Positions 8,192 through 17,518 of a DNA stretch of 45,859 nucleotides are shown here, one piece after another. A program made the translations under genes and the position numbers. The stretch is taken from IMG/VR virus record IMGVR_UViG_2718218168_000002; one strand, 5' to 3'. A model generated the notes under the pieces. The model saw nothing but the letters and a program-made list of their open reading frames with translations. It was not told where the DNA came from and did not search any database. The first letter of the stretch is position 1, and every line of letters begins with the position of its first letter. Source of the DNA: a virus. Lineage: Duplodnaviria > Heunggongvirae > Uroviricota > Caudoviricetes.

Positions 8192-9064
8192 TTATTTAAT
8201 TTCTTTTTCCGGTAAATACATTGTCATTTGAACAGGTTTCTTTCCATAGTGTTGAGCAACTCGACTTCTTAGCTCATGCATGGTGTCGCATGTTTTTGCG
8301 ACCCCAATAACCTCCCAGCACCTTGATACAAGCTGCCTTACACCTAGGTTCTCGGTTAACTGTCTATGCCAGTGAACTCCTGCCGCAGGCTTGTTTTCTT
8401 TAAGATATTTAGCCACATCTTCGTCAAGAGTGTCATAAATTAACTCTATAACTAATTTCCCCCACCATTTGGGCCTTGATTGCAATGGGGTACTCCATCC
8501 TGTCAATCTACCAAATTCTTCCCATAACTCATCAGGAAATGTTTTTTCCCATGCTCTTAGTTCCTCAGCGATGAACGCCCTGAGTTTTACTTGGAGAGCA
8601 TCCTCTGCGCGCTCATACTGATACCCAGTAGCCTCATCAATTAGAGCATCTAACCCAGTCCTGGTTAAACCTGCTGTTAATACAGCACATTTAATTGCTA
8701 TTTCTCGCTGTCTATCTGTCAATGGCGCGCCTTTGTATAGCGCCTGTACATAGCCGCGACAAATCAATTCAAATTGCTCAGTCTTAAGTCCTTGGCTTTT
8801 AAATTGGGTTCCTGGTATGGAAAACTCTATGAGTTCGGCCAGGACTAAGTCTTTGTCTATAAAGCCATTAAGTGAGCTAACGCCAATAAATTTAGCCAGG
8901 TCTCCTGACTCCGCATTGGCAATTGCTTTTACAGTTGCTCGCAAAGCTATAACACGATGTCCAGTGTCAAGCACATAGCAATCAATACTTTCACCACCTA
9001 AGTCGATCTTCCCCTTCCATTTTGCGAATGGGGATGGTAATTGCTGTAAATCATCATGTTCCAT
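8192..9064 (-). CDS. Uncharacterised cargo protein in the rexAB slot of the immunity operon
   Basis: 290-aa product from the internal ATG (MEHDDLQQLPSPFAKWKGK...) 32 nt after the cI stop; the full track ORF 8192..9160 would overlap cI by 65 nt. No similarity to RexA/RexB recalled. Confidence 0.6.
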   Translation of the reverse strand: MEHDDLQQLPSPFAKWKGKIDLGGESIDCYVLDTGHRVIALRATVKAIANAESGDLAKFIGVSSLNGFIDKDLVLAELIEFSIPGTQFKSQGLKTEQFELICRGYVQALYKGAPLTDRQREIAIKCAVLTAGLTRTGLDALIDEATGYQYERAEDALQVKLRAFIAEELRAWEKTFPDELWEEFGRLTGWSTPLQSRPKWWGKLVIELIYDTLDEDVAKYLKENKPAAGVHWHRQLTENLGVRQLVSRCWEVIGVAKTCDTMHELRSRVAQHYGKKPVQMTMYLPEKEIK

Positions 9065-9095
9065 TAATTGAATTACCCTTTTTTGCTGCGTTGAA

Positions 9096-9812
<717 letters not shown>

Positions 9813-9819
9813 TTAAATC

Positions 9820-9885
9820 TATCACCGCAAGGGATAAATATCTAACACCGTGCGTGTTGACTATTTTACCTCTAGCGGTGATAAT
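9820..9885. promoter_or_regulatory. oR3-oR2-oR1 operators with divergent pRM and pR
   Basis: tatcaccgcaagggata, taacaccgtgcgtgttg, tacctctagcggtgata; pR -35 TTGACT (9857-9862) and -10 GATAAT (9880-9885); AGGAGG before cro. Confidence 0.9.
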
Positions 9886-9900
9886 GATTGCATGTACTAA

Positions 9901-10110
<210 letters not shown>

Positions 10111-10117
10111 GTAACAC

Positions 10118-10161
10118 CGCTCTTTAACAGTCATGGTCCTCATTCCCGCCGAAATGCGGGA
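10118..10161 (+). promoter_or_regulatory. nutR-like site (boxA plus boxB hairpin)
   Basis: CGCTCTTTAACA (10118-10129) then hairpin TCCCGC-cgaaat-GCGGGA (10144-10161), identical in boxB to the nutL-like copy. Confidence 0.6.
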
Positions 10162-10219
10162 ATACAACGCGCATAAGTTGATGCGCATAACTTCTTATTT
10201 GTTAAGGAAATACTTACAT

Positions 10220-10516
10220 ATGGTTCGTGCAAACAAACGCAACGAGGCTCTACGAATCGAGAGTGCGTTGCTTAACAAAATCGCAATGCTTGGAACTGAG
10301 AAGACAGCGGAAGCTGTGGGAGTTGATAAGTCGCAGATCAGTAGGTGGAAGAGGGACTGGATTCCAAAGTTCTCAATGCTGCTTGCTGTTCTTGAATGGG
10401 GCGTCGTTGACGACGACATGGCTCGATTGGCACGACAAGTTGCTTCGATTCTCACCAATAAAAAACGCCCGGTGTGCAAGACCGAGCGTTCTGATCAAAT
10501 ACAAATGGAATTTTAA
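10220..10516 (+). CDS. cII: CII transcriptional activator
   Basis: Internal ATG of track ORF 10133..10516 gives MVRANKRNEALRIESALLNKIAMLGTEKTAEAVGVDKSQISRWKRDW..., recalled as lambda CII. Confidence 0.9.
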   Translation: MVRANKRNEALRIESALLNKIAMLGTEKTAEAVGVDKSQISRWKRDWIPKFSMLLAVLEWGVVDDDMARLARQVASILTNKKRPVCKTERSDQIQMEF

Positions 10517-10538
10517 CAACATCCAACGAGGTAATTAT

Positions 10539-10682
10539 ATGCGAAAAACGCAGGAAAATAAACGCGTTAATCACCGAAAAGATGTGCTACGTGACCAGTT
10601 TTATCAGGGGGTTAATCCAGCAATAGCTGTGCCACTGAGAGAAATACTTAACAGGTACAAAACTTCGGAGAAGTCAAAATGA
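10539..10682 (+). CDS. Small basic hypothetical protein upstream of the replication initiator
   Basis: 47-aa ORF MRKTQENKRVNHRKDVLRDQFYQGVNPAIAVPLREILNRYKTSEKSK with GAGG Shine-Dalgarno; its stop overlaps the next start (ATGA). Confidence 0.4.
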   Translation: MRKTQENKRVNHRKDVLRDQFYQGVNPAIAVPLREILNRYKTSEKSK

Positions 10683-11563
10683 GCATGAATCTTATGGCTA
10701 AGGCCATGAATATAAAGGTTGGCAACCCACTGAGAAAACTGGTTCTGATTAAACTTGCCGATAACGCCAATGATAATGGCGAATGCTGGCCTTCATATCA
10801 ACATGTCGCTGACCAGTGTGAGGTGAGCAGATCGACAGTAAAAAGTCACATTAGGGCACTGGAAGAGATGGGGCTTTTGAAAAGGGAATTCAGAAGAAAA
10901 GGAGAGCTTAACCAGTCAAACGTTTTTTATCTGACGCTGGATAATGCACAACAAATCCAACCAGAATCAGGTGGGGCAGGAGCTGCCCGGGGTGGGGCAG
11001 GAGCTGCCCGGGGTGGGGCAGGAGCTGCCCGGGGTGGGGCAGGAGCTGCCCGGGGTGGGGCAGGAGCTGCCCGGGGTGGGGCAGGAGCTGCCCTAGGGGG
11101 TGGGGCAGGAGCTGCCCTAGGGGGTGGGGCAGGAGCTGCCCCCAGAACCTATCACTCTTTTGAACCAGTCAATGAACCTAAAAACATTATGTTCGAACAT
11201 GTCCGAACAGAGTGTGAAAAAACTCCTGACCGTCACGAAGAAACCGACAAGGCATTCGAGGAAATATTCTGGTGTGCAGGAATGCGGAAAGCCGGGAAGA
11301 AAAACGCAGCTTCGGCATTCAGAACACAGTTCAGGGAATGGCGTAAAACTACCAGGGGTACGGCAAGCGAGTTTGCCACGATGCTGGCAGAAGACATCGC
11401 ATGCAGGAATGGTAAGCAGTTCGGATTCGACAGGTTGTTACCATCGAGCTACCTGAACGGTCAACGCTGGAACGACGAGAAGCCAGAAACTATTCAACCA
11501 CAATCCAAACCATCATCCGCAATCACCGTATCGAAAACTGGCTACGTGTTTTTCGACAGGTGA
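10679..11563 (+). CDS. Replication initiator protein (winged-helix HTH N-terminus; O-like role)
   Basis: 294-aa ORF at the lambda O position; N-terminal HTH-like segment (SYQHVADQCEVSRSTVKSHIRALEEMGLLKR); internal Gly/Ala-rich linker encoded by an iteron array. Confidence 0.55.
   Translation: MSMNLMAKAMNIKVGNPLRKLVLIKLADNANDNGECWPSYQHVADQCEVSRSTVKSHIRALEEMGLLKREFRRKGELNQSNVFYLTLDNAQQIQPESGGAGAARGGAGAARGGAGAARGGAGAARGGAGAARGGAGAALGGGAGAALGGGAGAAPRTYHSFEPVNEPKNIMFEHVRTECEKTPDRHEETDKAFEEIFWCAGMRKAGKKNAASAFRTQFREWRKTTRGTASEFATMLAEDIACRNGKQFGFDRLLPSSYLNGQRWNDEKPETIQPQSKPSSAITVSKTGYVFFDR
10970..11143 (+). repeat. Tandem 21-bp iteron array inside the initiator gene (candidate origin)
   Basis: Five exact copies of ggtggggcaggagctgcccgg, then three 24-bp variants; each unit holds inverted arms gggcag/ctgccc. 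Confidence 0.6.
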
Positions 11564-11670
11564 ACCATGAAATCAAAAATCAAATCGCTACTGGTCGCTG
11601 GTTATAACCACGGCTGGTTAAGTATTTCGTTTGTCGATTTCTGGTTTAAAAATCTCAATCTGAGGGAATC

Positions 11671-13551
11671 ATGAGGCCAAGTGAACTCAGCGACCTGCTT
11701 TGGGCGCAGGTTGACAGGGTGGCTCCGCACCTGTTGCCAAACGGCAAGAAAGAGGGGCATGAGTGGGTTGCCGGTAACGTTAACGGTGACAAGGGAAACA
11801 GCCTTAAGGTCAACCTTAGCGGCAAGAAAAAATGGGCTGATTTCGCTGAGGGAGACGGCGGTGACATGCTTGATTTGTGGATGTCATGTCGTGGAATTAA
11901 TCTGCATCAGGCTATGCAGGAAGCGAAAGCATTTCTCGGTATCAAGGATGACGATCACCATTTCGATGCCAAACGTGAGAAGAAATTCTCCAGACCTGAC
12001 CGCAAGAAAATCGCCCGCTACGTTACCAGAACAGAATCCCATCTTGAGTACCTGCAATCGCGTGGCATATCGCCAGAAATCGTAAAGCGCTACGAGGTTG
12101 TCAGCGGCAAGGTGTGGAATGGAGAGCGAGAACTGGATGCTCTGGTGCTTCCGTACAAACGCGATGGTGAGTTGTTGCAGGTAAAGCGAATCAGCACTGA
12201 GCGCCCGGGCGGGAAGAAAGTCATTATGGCAGAAGGTGATTGCGAACCTTGTCTGTTCGGATGGCAGGCTCTGGACGCTGGCGTGAGGGCGGTTGTACTT
12301 TGCGAAGGCGAAATTGATTGTATGAGCTATGCGCAATACGGCATCTCGGCGTTATCCGTACCGTTTGGTGGCGGGAAAGGCGCTAAGCAGCAGTGGATTG
12401 AGTTTGAGTATCACAACCTCGACAGGTTTGAGGAAATATTCATCTCGATGGACGTTGATGATGTTGGTCGTGAAGCCGCAAGGGAAATCGCAAGCCGACT
12501 CGGTGAACATCGTTGCCGTCTTGTTACTCTGCCGTACAAAGACATCAACGAATGCCTGATGAACGGTGTTACCGAGGATGAAATCTGGCAGTACATCGGC
12601 ACGGCATCCTACTTCGATCCTGAAGAACTCTACAGCGCGCGAGAGTTTTACCAGGACACTATCAACGCTTTCTACGGCAAGCAGCAGTATCTGTTTAATC
12701 CACCGTGGGAATCTCTGGCAGATAAATTCCAGTTCCGTGAGGCCGAGTTGACGCTGGTCAATGGTGTGAACGGTCACGGAAAAACGGAGGTTGTCGGGCA
12801 TATGGCACTTGAGGCAATGCGTCAGGGTGTGAAGACGTGCATCGCGTCACTTGAGCTGAAGCCTGGTATTCTCCTTAAGCGCCTTACCCGTCAGGCGACG
12901 TGCTGCAAGATGCCGCCAGTGCTGGAAATTGACTCTGCATTTAAATTTTATGACGAAAGACTTTGGGTGTTTGGCCTGACCGGAACGGCGAAAGCCGACA
13001 GGCTGATCGAAATATTCGACTACGCTCGCCGCCGATACGGGATCCAGTTATTCATCATCGACAGCCTGATGAAATGTGGCATAGGCGACGATGACTATAA
13101 CGGGCAGAAGGCGTTTGTTGACTCGATTTGCGACTTCAAAAACAAAACAAACTCCCACGTCATTCTCGTTACTCACTCGCGAAAAGGAGACAGCGAAGAA
13201 AAACCAACCGGGAAAATGGACGTAAAAGGCTCTGGAGCGATAACAGACCTGACAGACAACCTTTTCATCATCTGGCGTAACAAGGCTCGCGAGAGAGCGT
13301 TACAGAGAGTTCAGAGTGGTGAAAAGATGTCTGAGAAGGACGAACAGCTACTGGCATCTCCGGCATCTGTTTTGATGCTTGAAAAACAACGTAACGGAGA
13401 AGGTTGGGAAGGTGGTGTCCCGTTGTTCCTTGACGAGCAATCGCACCAGTTCCTGCAACTTGAATCAGGATCGCCATATAGCTACATCGCCAATATGCCG
13501 AAATCGGAATATGACGAGGCGTGGCGACAGGAAAACGTGACGGAGTATTAA
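11671..13551 (+). CDS. Bifunctional DNA primase/helicase (TOPRIM plus DnaB/SF4-like ATPase)
   Basis: 626-aa ORF; TOPRIM-like acidic motifs (VVLCEGEIDCMSYAQ, ISMDVDDVGREAA) and a C-terminal Walker A (NGVNGHGKTE) with a RecA-like core (FIIDSLMK); GAGGGA before the ATG. Confidence 0.7.
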   Translation: MRPSELSDLLWAQVDRVAPHLLPNGKKEGHEWVAGNVNGDKGNSLKVNLSGKKKWADFAEGDGGDMLDLWMSCRGINLHQAMQEAKAFLGIKDDDHHFDAKREKKFSRPDRKKIARYVTRTESHLEYLQSRGISPEIVKRYEVVSGKVWNGERELDALVLPYKRDGELLQVKRISTERPGGKKVIMAEGDCEPCLFGWQALDAGVRAVVLCEGEIDCMSYAQYGISALSVPFGGGKGAKQQWIEFEYHNLDRFEEIFISMDVDDVGREAAREIASRLGEHRCRLVTLPYKDINECLMNGVTEDEIWQYIGTASYFDPEELYSAREFYQDTINAFYGKQQYLFNPPWESLADKFQFREAELTLVNGVNGHGKTEVVGHMALEAMRQGVKTCIASLELKPGILLKRLTRQATCCKMPPVLEIDSAFKFYDERLWVFGLTGTAKADRLIEIFDYARRRYGIQLFIIDSLMKCGIGDDDYNGQKAFVDSICDFKNKTNSHVILVTHSRKGDSEEKPTGKMDVKGSGAITDLTDNLFIIWRNKARERALQRVQSGEKMSEKDEQLLASPASVLMLEKQRNGEGWEGGVPLFLDEQSHQFLQLESGSPYSYIANMPKSEYDEAWRQENVTEY

Positions 13552-13580
13552 ATGGCCATCTACATCACTGAGCTAATAAC

Positions 13581-13613
13581 AGGCCTGCTGGTAATCGCAG
13601 GCCTTTTTATTTG
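13581..13613 (+). terminator. Rho-independent terminator after the primase-helicase gene
   Basis: Stem aggcctgc/gcaggcct with an 8-nt loop, followed by ttttatttg. Confidence 0.6.
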
Positions 13614-13627
13614 GGGGAGAGGGAAGT

Positions 13628-13954
13628 GTGGCTGACTGGCAAATTCCAATCATCATTCTTGCCGGAGCTTCGCTGGTTGCTGGCTTTATCCTGCTGAAAA
13701 AGCATAAAGACCGTGATCAAAAAGTCGAAGTTCTCTATGGGTATCCAGCGAACAGCACAACATGGCTGACCATTTACCACTACCGAAAATCAGGCCGTTG
13801 GGTATTCGAATGGGATGATCTGTTCGCTGAAAAGCGACCAAAGTCATGGGGAGACATCAGCGAATGCATGATGTTTGAAGAAAGAAAATCCGGCGCAACC
13901 CGAGAAGAGTTTAACGAAGCGTGGAGGCGATTAAGTGAGAGGGGGTATCAATGA
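13628..13954 (+). CDS. Hypothetical protein with N-terminal transmembrane segment
   Basis: 108-aa ORF with a GTG start after GGGAGAGGG; hydrophobic N-terminus IPIIILAGASLVAGFILL. Confidence 0.4.
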   Translation: MADWQIPIIILAGASLVAGFILLKKHKDRDQKVEVLYGYPANSTTWLTIYHYRKSGRWVFEWDDLFAEKRPKSWGDISECMMFEERKSGATREEFNEAWRRLSERGYQ

Positions 13955-13976
13955 GCAGAATTAAGTCGAGGTAACA

Positions 13977-14423
13977 ATGAAGCAAATATACATGCTTCGC
14001 AACGAAGCAATCAGAAATAACGCCATAGACGCAATACTCTCACTTCCGATCGACGACAAGTCACCTCACGAAGTCCACATTAAAGAACCCAAGCGGAGCA
14101 ATCCTCAAAACCGCCTTATGTGGGCGTTATTGCAGGACGTATCACGTCAGGTGCTTTGGCATGGACAGAGACTTGCGCCGGAGGACTGGAAAGACCTGTT
14201 TACTGCCCTGTGGCTTAAGACCAAAAAACTGGAGCAACGAAGTGTGCCTGGTATCGACGGTGGCGTTGTCATGCTTGGCGTGCGTACCAGCAAAATGCGA
14301 AAGGCCAGCATGACTGAGCTTATCGAAATCATGTTTTGGTTCGGCTCAGAGCGCAACGTGCGGTGGAGTGATGACTCCCGGCGAGAGTATGAATGGTCAC
14401 AACGAAAAGGGAAGGCTGCATGA
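13977..14423 (+). CDS. ninB: NinB (Orf-family recombination protein)
   Basis: 148-aa ORF; NPQNRLMWALLQDVSRQVLWHG and the C-terminal RNVRWSDDSRREYEW match the recalled lambda NinB pattern. Confidence 0.75.
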   Translation: MKQIYMLRNEAIRNNAIDAILSLPIDDKSPHEVHIKEPKRSNPQNRLMWALLQDVSRQVLWHGQRLAPEDWKDLFTALWLKTKKLEQRSVPGIDGGVVMLGVRTSKMRKASMTELIEIMFWFGSERNVRWSDDSRREYEWSQRKGKAA

Positions 14424-14947
14424 CTATCAAATCAAATACGCCAGCGTCAGATAGGTATCGGCTTATTGAGGATTATCTGTATTTAGACGGAGATACAGTC
14501 AGATACAAAAAGGACTCGCTAAAACACCCCAACCACAGCCACCGGGCAGGAGATGAAATTAAAACATCGATAAATGGATCTGGGTATAGACAGGTGTGTT
14601 TTGCAGGCATTCAGATGTTTGTTCACGTAGTTGTTTTTGCGCTGCACAACAAAAGAATGCCATTGAAAAATATTGACCATATTAACGGGAACAGGCTGGA
14701 CAATTCCCCAAAAAATCTTAGGGAGGCAGGCCGGATAGCAAACAGCCGAAATCAGAAAACTAAGTGCAATAGCCGTTCTGGAATAAAAAATGTTTTATGG
14801 AACAAGCAAAAAAATAAATGGGCCGTTCAAGTGCGCACAGATTTTGGCCGGTTGTATTTTGGGCTCTATGAAGATCTTGAACTTGCTTGTTTGGTTGCCA
14901 GTGAGGCTATCAACAAATATCACGGACAATATGCGAAGGTTGTATGA
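14420..14947 (+). CDS. HNH endonuclease with AP2-like DNA-binding domain
   Basis: Internal ATG (MTIKSN) of track ORF 14393..14947; HNH motif HVVVFALHNKRMPLKNIDHINGNRLDNSPKNL; overlaps the ninB stop by 4 nt. Confidence 0.65.
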   Translation: MTIKSNTPASDRYRLIEDYLYLDGDTVRYKKDSLKHPNHSHRAGDEIKTSINGSGYRQVCFAGIQMFVHVVVFALHNKRMPLKNIDHINGNRLDNSPKNLREAGRIANSRNQKTKCNSRSGIKNVLWNKQKNKWAVQVRTDFGRLYFGLYEDLELACLVASEAINKYHGQYAKVV

Positions 14948-15474
14948 TTAAGCATAAATCAGAAACACCAAAAGAAGTTAGAGACTGCTGGCAAACACCG
15001 CTTTGGCTTTTTGATGCACTGGATATTGAGTTTGGATTCTGGCTGGATTCGGCAGCGAGCGACAAAAATGCTCTGTGTGCTCACTGGCTAACTGAGGCCG
15101 ACGACGCGCTCAATTCTGAGTGGGTAAGCCACGGTGCAATCTGGAATAACCCACCGTACAGCAATATCAGGCCGTGGGTGGAAAAAGCCGCTGAGCAGTG
15201 CATACAACAGCGACAGACGGTAGTGATGCTTGTGCCAGAGGATATGTCAGTCGGATGGTTCAGCAAGGCTCTGGAGAGTGTTGACGAAGTTCGTATTATC
15301 ACTGATGGACGGATTAATTTTATCGAACCATCGACAGGGCTGGAGAAGAAGGGAAACAGCAAAGGCTCCATGCTGCTGATTTGGCGACCGTTCATCAGTC
15401 CTCGACGGATGTTTACTACCGTATCCAAAGCGGCATTGATAGCGATCGGGCAGGGCGTCAGGAGGGCTGCATGA
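14944..15474 (+). CDS. Phage Dam-family DNA N6-adenine methyltransferase
   Basis: 176-aa ORF with the catalytic NPPY motif (WNNPPYS); ATGA start/stop overlap with the HNH gene. Confidence 0.7.
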   Translation: MIKHKSETPKEVRDCWQTPLWLFDALDIEFGFWLDSAASDKNALCAHWLTEADDALNSEWVSHGAIWNNPPYSNIRPWVEKAAEQCIQQRQTVVMLVPEDMSVGWFSKALESVDEVRIITDGRINFIEPSTGLEKKGNSKGSMLLIWRPFISPRRMFTTVSKAALIAIGQGVRRAA

Positions 15475-16316
15475 TAAATGTCGTTAGTTTCTCCGGTGGC
15501 AGGACGTCAGCATATTTGCTCTGGCTAATGGAGCAAAAGCGACAGGCAGGTGAAGACGTGCATTACGTTTTCATGGATACAGGGGCAGAGCACCCTAAAA
15601 CATATGAGTTCATCCGAAATATCGTCAGTAACTGGAAAATAGACTTACATTGCCTTCGTGTAATACCTAATCCAGAAATGGGGAAGGCCAGTAGTTATGA
15701 AGAGATAGGTGTCAATGATATTGGTCCAGATCTTATACCGTGGAAAAGGATGTTAAATAAATACGGACATCCATATATCGGCGGTGCGTTCTGTACCGAC
15801 AGAATGAAGTCTGTTCCATTCACCAAATATTGTCAGGAAAAGTTTGGGAAAGGAAATTACATCACATGGCTTGGCATTCGCACAGATGAACCAAACAGGC
15901 TTAAAAGGGCTAATGGTTTTCGGTACCTGGCTGATATAAGCGATTTTGAAAAACAGGATGTGCTTGATTGGTGGAGTGGGCAGAAGTTTGATCTTGGCAT
16001 ACAGGAGCATCTTGGTAATTGTGTTTTCTGTATAAAAAAAAGTATGCAAAAGGTTGCGCTGGCAGCCATGGATGAGCCAGAACTTGCAGATGCATTTATC
16101 AACATCCTTGATACAGAAATAAAAACAGGAAAGGAACCGGTTATGTATCGAGGGAATAATACACTTAAATCACTGATTGCCTTGTTTAGTGATATATCAA
16201 GAGATGAGTTAGCCTCAAGAATGACATCAATGCGACAGTATGATTCAGGTTCGTGTTCTGAATCATGTGAAGCATTTTCATGTCAGCTTGGATTTAATTT
16301 TGAGGATGCGGCATGA
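15471..16316 (+). CDS. PAPS-reductase-like PP-loop ATPase family protein
   Basis: Internal ATG after AGGAGG; PP-loop motif [12 protein letters not shown]; C-terminal Cys clusters; 4-nt overlap with the methyltransferase gene. Confidence 0.65.
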   Translation: MINVVSFSGGRTSAYLLWLMEQKRQAGEDVHYVFMDTGAEHPKTYEFIRNIVSNWKIDLHCLRVIPNPEMGKASSYEEIGVNDIGPDLIPWKRMLNKYGHPYIGGAFCTDRMKSVPFTKYCQEKFGKGNYITWLGIRTDEPNRLKRANGFRYLADISDFEKQDVLDWWSGQKFDLGIQEHLGNCVFCIKKSMQKVALAAMDEPELADAFINILDTEIKTGKEPVMYRGNNTLKSLIALFSDISRDELASRMTSMRQYDSGSCSESCEAFSCQLGFNFEDAA

Positions 16317-16495
16317 GACGACAGCGACGAAGCATCACCGACATAATCTGCGAAAACTGCAAATACCTTCCAACGAAACGCTCCAGAAATAAACGCAAGC
16401 CAATCCCAAAAGAATCTGACGTAAAAACCTTCAACTACACGGCTCACCTGTGGGATATCCGGTGGTTAAGACATCGTGCGAGGAATACAAGGTGA
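16313..16495 (+). CDS. ninE: NinE-like protein
   Basis: 60-aa [32 protein letters not shown]..., recalled as lambda NinE; start overlaps the upstream stop. Confidence 0.55.
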   Translation: MRRQRRSITDIICENCKYLPTKRSRNKRKPIPKESDVKTFNYTAHLWDIRWLRHRARNTR

Positions 16496-16586
16496 TTGAC
16501 GCGATGATTTATTCGGGGCTATATTCCCAGCACGCCAGCAAAATCTGGCGTCGGGATTGGAACCCCGGATAGAGACCGCGACAAAC

Positions 16587-16610
16587 ACACGCCGCGAGCG
16601 TGTTTTTTAT
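16587..16610 (+). terminator. Rho-independent terminator upstream of the ORF6N moron
   Basis: Stem acacgc/gcgtgt with loop cgcga, followed by tttttatt. Confidence 0.5.
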
Positions 16611-16769
16611 TGTCGTATGCACGCGCACATCTGAATTATGGTGGGGCGCATGGGGGAGCTGAAAAGCTCGCCGGTCGGTTTCCCGGTAGTTCCAACCCTG
16701 TGCGTCTCACCACCCGATGATTGGAACCTGACGGTGGTGATAGTTTAGAAACCACCAGAGGGCGTCATT

Positions 16770-17450
16770 ATGACAACTCAAATTTCTGTTGAAACTCTCT
16801 CCCCGATCACCCATAACCAGATTCCTGTTATTACCACCGAACTTTTGGCGCAGCTTTACGGCACTGAGCCGGTGCGTATTCGCCAGAATCATCATGAGAA
16901 CAAAGTACGCTTCGTTGAAGGGATACACTTTTTCAAAGTTGTTGGTAATGACCTTAAAGAATTGCGGGTAGCTTTAAACTACTCACAAAATCCCATCTCT
17001 CCCAAAGCCCGCTCCCTCATCCTCTGGACAGAACGAGGCGCAGCACGCCACGCCAAAATGCTCGAAACCGATCAGGCGTGGGAAGTGTTCGAAAAACTGG
17101 AAGACTGCTATTTCAGCCAGTGCGAGAAAAATACAGGTAAACAAGAGAAGAGCACCAACAAGCTTTCCGCAAAAGAAGCAAACAGCCTTGTATGGTTATG
17201 GGATTATGCTAACCGCTCACAGGCATTATTCCGCGAATTGTATCCAGCGCTAAAGCAAATTCAGTCTAACTATTCCGGCAGATGCTACGACTACGGTCAT
17301 GAGTTCTCGTATGTTATTGGAATGGCGAGAGACGTTTTAATCAATCACACACGAGATGTTGATATCAATGAGCCAGACGGACCAACGAATCTTTCCGCAT
17401 GGTTAAGGCTTAAGAACAAAGAATTACCTCCTTCACTGCATCGCTACTGA
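16770..17450 (+). CDS. ORF6N-domain antirepressor-like protein
   Basis: 226-aa ORF; N-terminal pattern [11 protein letters not shown]...[10 protein letters not shown]...[36 protein letters not shown] typical of the ORF6N domain; C-terminal half unassigned. Confidence 0.6.
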   Translation: MTTQISVETLSPITHNQIPVITTELLAQLYGTEPVRIRQNHHENKVRFVEGIHFFKVVGNDLKELRVALNYSQNPISPKARSLILWTERGAARHAKMLETDQAWEVFEKLEDCYFSQCEKNTGKQEKSTNKLSAKEANSLVWLWDYANRSQALFRELYPALKQIQSNYSGRCYDYGHEFSYVIGMARDVLINHTRDVDINEPDGPTNLSAWLRLKNKELPPSLHRY

Positions 17451-17467
17451 CAATTGACAACTTAACA

Positions 17468-17492
17468 AACCCAGCTTCGGCTGGGTTTTTTA
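17468..17492 (+). terminator. Rho-independent terminator after the ORF6N gene
   Basis: Stem aacccagc/gctgggtt with loop ttcg, then a T run; two TTGACA hexamers lie just upstream. Confidence 0.65.
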
Positions 17493-17518
17493 TTGGTGAA
17501 TTTTCAATATGAGAGGAC

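Noticed and set aside
10970-11143. Possible CRISPR array suggested by the regular tandem repeats
   Set aside because: Repeat units abut with no intervening unique spacers and lie inside a protein-coding gene; they behave as iterons or a coding linker.
12352-12801. 149-aa antisense ORF inside the primase-helicase gene
   Set aside because: Opposite strand of a long, motif-supported gene; no independent signals.
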